Positions 57,762 through 64,000 of a stretch of 64,000 nt of DNA are shown one piece after another. Below the pieces are notes generated by a model. It was given only the letters and a program-made list of their open reading frames with translations. It made no database searches and was not told the DNA's origin. A program made the position numbers and the translations under genes. This stretch comes from an uncultured candidate division Zixibacteria bacterium (GTDB taxonomy: Bacteria; Zixibacteria; MSB-5A5; GN15; FEB-12), in NCBI GenBank assembly GCA_963664195.1, contig OY760907.1, positions 352,001 through 416,000 of the forward strand, read 5' to 3'. Position 1 is the first letter of the stretch, and each line of letters begins with the position of its first letter.

Positions 57762-58649
57762 CTACCGCGTCTGTAATTGCTGCTCCTCCGGGATCGTGTC
57801 GACCGCGATTCCCTTCATCGCCTGCCCCAAACCGTGGGATTCCTTCGCGATGATTGCGTAATCCTGCCAGTTGGTCGTCGCGGTTACAATCGCCTTCGCG
57901 CGGGCTTCCGGATTGTCTGATTTGAAAATGCCCGACCCCACAAACACCGCCTCAGCACCGAGGTGCATACACAAAGCAGCGTCAGCCGGAGTCGCGATTC
58001 CACCCGCGGCGAAATTCGGCACCGGGAGTTTGCCGGTCTTCGCTACCATTCTCACCAGATCAATCGGCACCCGGTGTTCTTTGGCAATACCGTAAAGCTC
58101 GTCGGAAGTCATCACCGTAAGAGACTTCATCACCGAGTAGATCTCGCGGAGGTGCTTCACTGCCTGGGAGACGTCGCCGGTGCCCGCCTCGCCCTTGGTG
58201 CGAATCATCGCGGCTCCTTCGGAGATGCGACGGAGCGCCTCGCCAAGATTGCGGCAACCGCATACGAACGGTACTTTGAAGCCCCATTTGTCGACATGGT
58301 ACTTCTCATCGGCGGGGGTCAGGACTTCAGACTCGTCGATGAAATCAACCTCGATAGCTTCGAGCGCCCGCGCCTCGATGAAATGCCCAATACGGCATTT
58401 GGCCATAACCGGGATCGTCACGACTTCCTTGATCTTCTGGACAACGTCCAGATCGGCCATACGGGCCACGCCGCCGTCCTTGCGGATGTCCGACGGCACC
58501 CGTTCGAGTGCCATAACGGCAGCCGCGCCTGAATCCTCGGCGATCTTCGCCTGCTCCGCATTGGTGACGTCCATAATGACGCCGCCCTTGAGCATTTCTG
58601 CGAGGCCGACTTTGACTTTGTGGTCTTTATCTTCGAACTGCTGCATCAC
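57762..58649 (-). CDS. pdxS: PLP synthase lyase subunit
   Basis: [50 protein letters not shown]. Confidence 0.98.
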   Translation of the reverse strand: MMQQFEDKDHKVKVGLAEMLKGGVIMDVTNAEQAKIAEDSGAAAVMALERVPSDIRKDGGVARMADLDVVQKIKEVVTIPVMAKCRIGHFIEARALEAIEVDFIDESEVLTPADEKYHVDKWGFKVPFVCGCRNLGEALRRISEGAAMIRTKGEAGTGDVSQAVKHLREIYSVMKSLTVMTSDELYGIAKEHRVPIDLVRMVAKTGKLPVPNFAAGGIATPADAALCMHLGAEAVFVGSGIFKSDNPEARAKAIVTATTNWQDYAIIAKESHGLGQAMKGIAVDTIPEEQQLQTR

Positions 58650-58878
58650 AATCGCTCCTTATTTTTGTGGTCGCGTCCGCATATCCTCAGATAAACGGAG
58701 ACGACATCGGCATCAGCCGTAAGACTAAGCGCCTCGACGGCTGCAATATTGTCCGCTGCCGGCCGGACAACACCTGTCCAAATCGGGCAACCAACAGAGC
58801 CGAATATAATACGTCACAGGGGAGGCACACAACCCTGAAATCCCGGCGACGGGGGCCTGATGCAGTCTTGTTCTCGAC

Positions 58879-58915
58879 AAAAAAAGGTGGCCAAACAGTT
58901 TCCCATTCGGCCACC
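58879..58915 (-). terminator. Intrinsic terminator after the Rrf2 gene
   Basis: GGTGGCCGAA...TTTGGCCACC followed by T7. Confidence 0.75.
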
Positions 58916-58944
58916 CGGATTTTTGCACTAGTTTTCGACGACTG

Positions 58945-59364
58945 TTACTTGGCAGCAGTACGACGATAGCGGGCAAAATTGTGCTTGGCGAGGTTCTTCT
59001 TGAACGTCTTCTCCTGAGTCATCCAGAAATTGTGCATGCCGCAATTGGCAACCTGGTCACAAGAGCAGCTTTTTCCTTCACCCTCGGTGCACAGATTAAT
59101 GTGAACCGGACCCTCGATAGCCTCGATAACGTCGAGGAACGAAATGTCTTTGGGGTTCCGTGAGAGCTTGTAACCGCCGGTTACGCCCTGGAATGACTGA
59201 AGCAGCCCGGAACGGGTCAAGTCCTTCAGAATTTTCGCGAGAAACTCGCGAGGTACGGCCTCACTGGCAGCGATCGCGTTTATCGATCCCAGTTTTCCTT
59301 TGGGTTGACATGACAAGAAACGGATAGCCCGCAGCGCATAGTCAGCTTTGCGTGAGAGTTGCAT
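58945..59364 (-). CDS. Rrf2 family transcriptional regulator with Cys-rich (Fe-S-type) C-terminus
   Basis: LSRKADYALRA, FLAKIL..L...GL..S..G..GGY.L, AIEG, LC...CSC....C. Confidence 0.93.
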   Translation of the reverse strand: MQLSRKADYALRAIRFLSCQPKGKLGSINAIAASEAVPREFLAKILKDLTRSGLLQSFQGVTGGYKLSRNPKDISFLDVIEAIEGPVHINLCTEGEGKSCSCDQVANCGMHNFWMTQEKTFKKNLAKHNFARYRRTAAK

Positions 59365-59713
59365 ATTATACTCCTCTATTCCCTTTTGTAGCAATTTCGC
59401 GTTGCTGTTGTCGCTTTCTCATAGTTAAACACCGCAAAATTGCTCCTTTGTTCCATATTTTGGATTACCAGTATAAAAAAAAAGATGCCCTAAGTCCACA
59501 ACAAATGCGAAAAAGGTGTCCTCTTTTCCGCTTTTTTTTCAATTTTTGAACACCTGAGTGCTCACACCGTTCCAAAAACAACGCCGATTCTGCGTCTAAT
59601 CTTCCACAAAAAAAGTCTGAACCGGGTGTGATAAGCGGTGTTACACAGGGGTGAACAGGCCACAACCGATTGTGGACCCACTTTTGACCAGACTATTCGA
59701 GGAGTATACTGTT

Positions 59714-60076
59714 ATGTCACAAGAGACTCGGCCGATACAGAACGGATCTACCGTCACTATCACACCGTCCGCTCTCACTGAGATAAAAAGACTTATAGCG
59801 GAGGAAAAGGACCCTAAAAACCTATTTCTTCGCCTTGGCGTGGCGGCCGGGGGCTGTTCCGGGATGTCCTACGCCATGTCATTCGATGATCAGACGTCGC
59901 AGAATGACAGCGAGTTCGATTTCGAGGGTGTCAGGGTAATCATCGAAGAAAAATCGCTGGCATACCTTCAAGAATGTACGTTGGACTACAAGACCGGGAT
60001 GCTCAGCGGTGGTTTCCAGTTCAGTAACCCCAATGCCCGCCGCTCCTGCGGCTGCGGGTCTTCATTCTCGTGCTAA
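59714..60076 (+). CDS. A-type Fe-S carrier (HesB/IscA family)
   Basis: LRLGV..GGCSG.SY, LDY, F.F.NPNA..SCGCGSSF. Confidence 0.95.
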   Translation: MSQETRPIQNGSTVTITPSALTEIKRLIAEEKDPKNLFLRLGVAAGGCSGMSYAMSFDDQTSQNDSEFDFEGVRVIIEEKSLAYLQECTLDYKTGMLSGGFQFSNPNARRSCGCGSSFSC

Positions 60077-60115
60077 GTTGTTGCCTGACAATAACGAGAG
60101 CATAAGGAAACCAGA

Positions 60116-60379
60116 GTGAACTACACTATCGTAGACCCGACTTCATTCGTCACCGGAAAATTCTTCCGGGAGGAAGATTTCCTTGCCAACACCGGCACCG
60201 CCGATTGGGAGCGGTATCGCGATCGGCCGGTTCTGGTGAGAGGCTGCGGAACGACGATTGTACCGCCCTGGGCGTATATGCTCATAGCGGCCCGGTTGAG
60301 CGGCGTGGCAAAGTCCATCCGATATGGCAACGAACATGACAATATCGTCGTGCATCGCGATTCAACGCAAAAACAGTAG
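60116..60379 (+). CDS. DUF2480-like small protein
   Basis: RE.DF, DW..Y....V...C....VP.WAYML...L..VA....YG pattern; AAGGA SD. Confidence 0.75.
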   Translation: MNYTIVDPTSFVTGKFFREEDFLANTGTADWERYRDRPVLVRGCGTTIVPPWAYMLIAARLSGVAKSIRYGNEHDNIVVHRDSTQKQ

Positions 60380-60410
60380 ACAGAAATTACTCGAGAGGAT
60401 TACATTGGAT

Positions 60411-60788
60411 ATGAGTCAGGAAGTTTTAGCAACTACCGCATCATCGCCGATTGCGGCTGATAACGAGACTATGCCGAAAGTTCGCATTTACCCCGAGGAC
60501 GTGGAAATCACTGTCGAGCCGGGAAAAACACTGCTCGACGCCGCGTTGGACAACAATATCAAGATCGATCATAACTGTGGCGGCAACTGCGCCTGCTCCA
60601 CTTGTCATGTCATAATCGACGAGGGGTTTGACACCCTGAACGAGATATCCGAAGACGAAGAGGACATGCTGGATGAGGCTGAAGGTCTGGAAGACAACTC
60701 CCGTCTGGCCTGTCAGTGTAAGGTGACCGGTGATCTGGTAGTCAGGATTCCTCCGAAGACCGATCCGCTCGACGACGACACGTTCTAG
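60411..60788 (+). CDS. fdx: 2Fe-2S ferredoxin (ISC/adrenodoxin type)
   Basis: HNCGGNCACSTCHV, EEDMLD, SRLACQ. Alternative start at 60471. Confidence 0.92.
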   Translation: MSQEVLATTASSPIAADNETMPKVRIYPEDVEITVEPGKTLLDAALDNNIKIDHNCGGNCACSTCHVIIDEGFDTLNEISEDEEDMLDEAEGLEDNSRLACQCKVTGDLVVRIPPKTDPLDDDTF

Positions 60789-60818
60789 GGCGCCCGTACC
60801 CCGCTTCAGAGATTCAAG

Positions 60819-60852
60819 CCCGTTCGGTATCACGTTACCGAACGGGTTTTTT
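60819..60852 (+). terminator. Intrinsic terminator
   Basis: CCCGTTCGGTA-TCACGT-TACCGAACGGG followed by T6. Confidence 0.88.
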
Positions 60853-60933
60853 CGATGTCTGCATCACTATAAACTACTGTCATTCCTGCCGATATAGACC
60901 AAGATGAGGAAAACTCAGCGTCCGGAACACACA

Positions 60934-62118
60934 ATGACAAAACTGCGCGGCCAGAACGGCTATACACTCATAGAACTCGTTGTGGTGCTTGTTATTATAG
61001 GCATCCTCGCGGCGGTATCGATGAAATCCATGACCAGAATCGATGATACCGTACGGGTAGAGCGGACCAGGCAGGAGCTTGAGTCGATAGCGTTTGCGGC
61101 AGCCGGCGACCCCAATCAGGTATCTGGCGGGGGGCGAACAGACTACGGATACGTCGGCGATGTCGGCAGTCTCCCCCCCAATCTGGACGCGCTGGTGTCC
61201 AATCCGGGTGGGTTCGCCACTTGGAAAGGTCCGTATATCGGGGACGAGTTCTCCTATGACGGATCGAGCACGGAGTTCAAGAACGACGCCTGGGGCAAGG
61301 CTTACTCCTATTCTGGCGGCGTGACCGTTTCCTCGACTGGCGGCAGTTCCACCATCACCCGCGAGATCGCCAGGTCGACCAGTGATGTCCTGCGTAACAA
61401 AGTCTCGCTGGCCGTGGTGGATATTGACAACACTCCCCCGGGGGCCGCCTACAAAGACTCCGTGGAAGTCCTTCTGAGCTATCCGAACGGCAGCGGCGGC
61501 ACAATTACCAAATCAGGAACACCCGGCAACGACGGCTTTATCGAGTTCGATTCGGTACCGATCGGCATTCACCCGATCCGCGTCATCTACACGCCAAACG
61601 CCGACACGTTGATTCGTAAGGCCACGGTCAATCCCGGGCTCGACTACTACACTGAGGTTCAGTATTTTGAGAACGTCTGGGAGGGCGACACCGCCAGCGG
61701 CGGCTCCGGAGGCGGAGGAGCTGGCGGCATAGAGTACGTCACCGGCACCGGAGAGGCTGACGGCGGCGACTGCGAGGATATCCGTTTCAGCATTGAAAAC
61801 ACTTCCGGCGGCGACATAGAGATTTCGAGTCTGACGCTCACCTGGTCGTCACCAACGGTCTACTACCGACGGATTCGTTGGGACGGCACCAACGTCTTCA
61901 ACCAGACGAATCCTCGATCAGGTTCGGGCGACATATCATCCTTCAACTCGGCTCAGACGATCGATGCCGGAGAGACCGTGGAAATACGTGTCCAGCAGTT
62001 TTGCCATAACCAGTGGAGTAGTTGCGGCGGAACTGAGAATATGGGCGAAACTACTTTCACCGTGGAACTCTCCGATGGTACCAGTTTCGAGTTCACAACC
62101 GGAGAGTGCGATGACTAG
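60934..62118 (+). CDS. Type IV pilin/pseudopilin-like protein 1
   Basis: Class III signal G|YTLIELVVV; GspG-like WKGPY and DAWG; Gly linker; distinct C-terminal domain. Confidence 0.9.
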   Translation: MTKLRGQNGYTLIELVVVLVIIGILAAVSMKSMTRIDDTVRVERTRQELESIAFAAAGDPNQVSGGGRTDYGYVGDVGSLPPNLDALVSNPGGFATWKGPYIGDEFSYDGSSTEFKNDAWGKAYSYSGGVTVSSTGGSSTITREIARSTSDVLRNKVSLAVVDIDNTPPGAAYKDSVEVLLSYPNGSGGTITKSGTPGNDGFIEFDSVPIGIHPIRVIYTPNADTLIRKATVNPGLDYYTEVQYFENVWEGDTASGGSGGGGAGGIEYVTGTGEADGGDCEDIRFSIENTSGGDIEISSLTLTWSSPTVYYRRIRWDGTNVFNQTNPRSGSGDISSFNSAQTIDAGETVEIRVQQFCHNQWSSCGGTENMGETTFTVELSDGTSFEFTTGECDD

Positions 62119-63376
62119 ACTATGCCGCGAAGCAGGATTCAGCCTGATCGAGCTGCTCGTGGTGATTGTCGTAATCGGCATCCTGGTCTCGGTGGCGATG
62201 CAATCGATGGATGTAGCCGTCGACGACTTCCGGACACTAAAAACGGAACGCGAGATGGAGATGCTCTCCAGGGCCATCGTGGGGGATCCGTCGATTACTA
62301 ACGGTCACGTGCGGACCGATTTTGGCTATGTCGGTGATATGGGTGCGTTTCCATCGAACCTGCAAGCGCTTTATCAGAATCCGGGGGGGTACTCAACCTG
62401 GGACGGTCCGTATCTGGAACCCGGCTACACACAGGATGCTACCGGATATCGGTTTGACGAGTGGGGAAAAGCGTACGAGTACACGGGCGGAACGGCAATC
62501 ACTTCAACCGGCAGCGGTTCGACTATCACGAAAAAGGTCACTGACGCAACAGCGGACTACCTGCTCAATACCTTCCACGGAACGATCTGGGACATCAACG
62601 ATTACTCGCCGAGCACTGCCCGCGATGACTCAGTGGATATCGTCATAACGATTCCTGACGGTGCCGGCGGCACTTCAAGCAAGATCGTGCATCCGGATTC
62701 GACCGGCAACTTCACTCTTGACTCACTGCCGGCGGGACAACACCCGTTGCGAGTTATTTACACTCCCGAGGCGGACACGATTTTCCGGTATCTGACGATA
62801 CTCCCCCGTCACAAGAGCAGCGGCAGGTACAACTTCGCGGACGACTACTTCTCGGCGGATGCCGGTGGTGGCGGCGGTGGAGGTGGCAGCCGTCTTGTGG
62901 ATACGCTTCGACCGAACGGAATCGGCTCACTGACATTCTTGATTCCACAACCCTTCGGACTGCTGGCCAACTGGGATCGGGTCGAAGAAGCAACTTCGGA
63001 TGGGGATGCCTCAATCGTCACGACTTCACTCGGGTCATGGATAACGGACGCGTACTCTTTGGAGGATCCTTCGGCTCCCGGCACGGCAGCTATCACCAAC
63101 GTGACGATCAAATGCGTCGCGCGCAAAACCAATGCGCATGGGCAGGTCAGACCGATTATCAGGACAGGTTTCCTCGACTATCACAGCAGCGAATTTGATT
63201 TAACAAACAGCTATGACGAGTATAGCTGCTCCTGGACAGACAACCCGTCAACCGGCTCCACATGGACATGGCAGGAGATTACAAACCTGCAGGCCGGTGT
63301 CAGCCTGAAAGCGCACAATGGCAATCACGATGCCTACTGCACACAGGTGTGGGTGGAGGTCGAGTATGAGCCGTAG
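62111..63376 (+). CDS. Type IV pilin/pseudopilin-like protein 2
   Basis: G|FSLIELLVV; paralogous N-terminal ~250 aa; G7 linker; different C-terminal domain; GGAG SD. Confidence 0.9.
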   Translation: MTRLCREAGFSLIELLVVIVVIGILVSVAMQSMDVAVDDFRTLKTEREMEMLSRAIVGDPSITNGHVRTDFGYVGDMGAFPSNLQALYQNPGGYSTWDGPYLEPGYTQDATGYRFDEWGKAYEYTGGTAITSTGSGSTITKKVTDATADYLLNTFHGTIWDINDYSPSTARDDSVDIVITIPDGAGGTSSKIVHPDSTGNFTLDSLPAGQHPLRVIYTPEADTIFRYLTILPRHKSSGRYNFADDYFSADAGGGGGGGGSRLVDTLRPNGIGSLTFLIPQPFGLLANWDRVEEATSDGDASIVTTSLGSWITDAYSLEDPSAPGTAAITNVTIKCVARKTNAHGQVRPIIRTGFLDYHSSEFDLTNSYDEYSCSWTDNPSTGSTWTWQEITNLQAGVSLKAHNGNHDAYCTQVWVEVEYEP

Positions 63377-64000
63377 ACAGACAAGAAACGGTTTCACGCT
63401 CATAGAAGTCATTCTCGTGATCGTAATCTTCGGCATCCTCGCCACTGTCGCGATGCGGTCCGGGCAGAAGGTCTTCCAGACGGCCAAAGTGGAAGAAACT
63501 AGGCAGGAGCTTGATGCTCTCGCCGAAGCGATTGTCGGAAACGCCGGGTTGCAGAACAACGGCATCAGGGCGGATTTCGGATATGTGGGTGACGTGGGTT
63601 CACTTCCGCCCAATCTGGACGCACTCGTTTTGAATCCGGGCGGCTATGTGACCTGGAACGGTCCGTACATTGGCAATCGGTACACGCAACTGGCAAGCGA
63701 CTACAAAAACGACGCCTGGAACACGGCGTACAGTTACAGCGGTGGCGCGACGATTACCTCAACAGGGTCGGGTAGCAATATTGTCAGAAGATTAGCCAAT
63801 TCAACCAGTGATTTGCTGTACAACAGCGTTTCGGGAAACGTGTTCGACGCCGACGGCACCCCTCCCGGCACGGACAACGGTGACTCCGTTATGGTCAGGC
63901 TCATGATACCGAACGGGGTCGGCGGCATGGCAACCCGTACGACCTCAACGGACGCGGGAGGTTACTTCCAATTCGATTCTATTCCGATAGGCACCCATGA
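63366..64000 (+). CDS. Type IV pilin/pseudopilin-like protein 3 (partial; absent from the ORF track)
   Basis: GGAGG SD; MSRRQTRNG|FTLIEVILV...DFGYVGDVGSLPPNLDAL...WNGPY; frame open to the window end. Confidence 0.9.
   Translation, partial: MSRRQTRNGFTLIEVILVIVIFGILATVAMRSGQKVFQTAKVEETRQELDALAEAIVGNAGLQNNGIRADFGYVGDVGSLPPNLDALVLNPGGYVTWNGPYIGNRYTQLASDYKNDAWNTAYSYSGGATITSTGSGSNIVRRLANSTSDLLYNSVSGNVFDADGTPPGTDNGDSVMVRLMIPNGVGGMATRTTSTDAGGYFQFDSIPIGTH

Noticed and set aside
58650..58810. Riboswitch in the pdxS leader
   Set aside because: Two hairpins are visible (about 58714-58743 and 58749-58770), but there is no recognisable aptamer or expression platform.
1..64000. tRNA, rRNA, prophage or integrase
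   Set aside because: None recognised; DUF5131 is the only phage-associated family and has no phage neighbours.

Overview
Bacterial chromosomal window of moderately high GC. T9SS/FlgD-type C-terminal domains, a PorZ-like protein and the gene content suggest an FCB-group organism such as candidate Zixibacteria (inference only). It is mostly core genome: a dcw cluster (mraZ to ftsZ, without murB or ddl), a gingipain-like C25 peptidase converging on a purM-gpmI-lnt-porZ-like-GNAT-glycosyltransferase run, an Oad-type Na+-decarboxylase facing maeB, cobO, rhomboid, M23 peptidase, PpiD-like chaperone, ETF-QO, ccmF/ispH/lipA/pdxT/pdxS, an Rrf2 regulator divergent from iscA-like/DUF2480-like/ferredoxin genes, and three tandem paralogous type IV pilin-like genes. 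The most striking signal is non-coding. Several families of REP-like hairpins with a GTAG/GTGG-type foot cluster at five intergenic loci, and most bracket a single accessory gene: a SIR2-like protein, a pentapeptide-repeat membrane protein, a DUF4304-like putative immunity protein, and DUF5131 plus a REP-associated tyrosine transposase (RAYT) sitting between pdxS and pdxT. At the left end, tandem ~250-bp REP-bounded units each carry a sigma70-like promoter. I propose, as inference, a RAYT/REP-driven cassette system that moves cargo genes and promoters. Secondary observations are apparent non-canonical start codons (ATC for murE, CTG for lnt and the porZ-like gene) and a probably leaderless purM. 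All family calls come from motif recognition by eye; no database searches were run.
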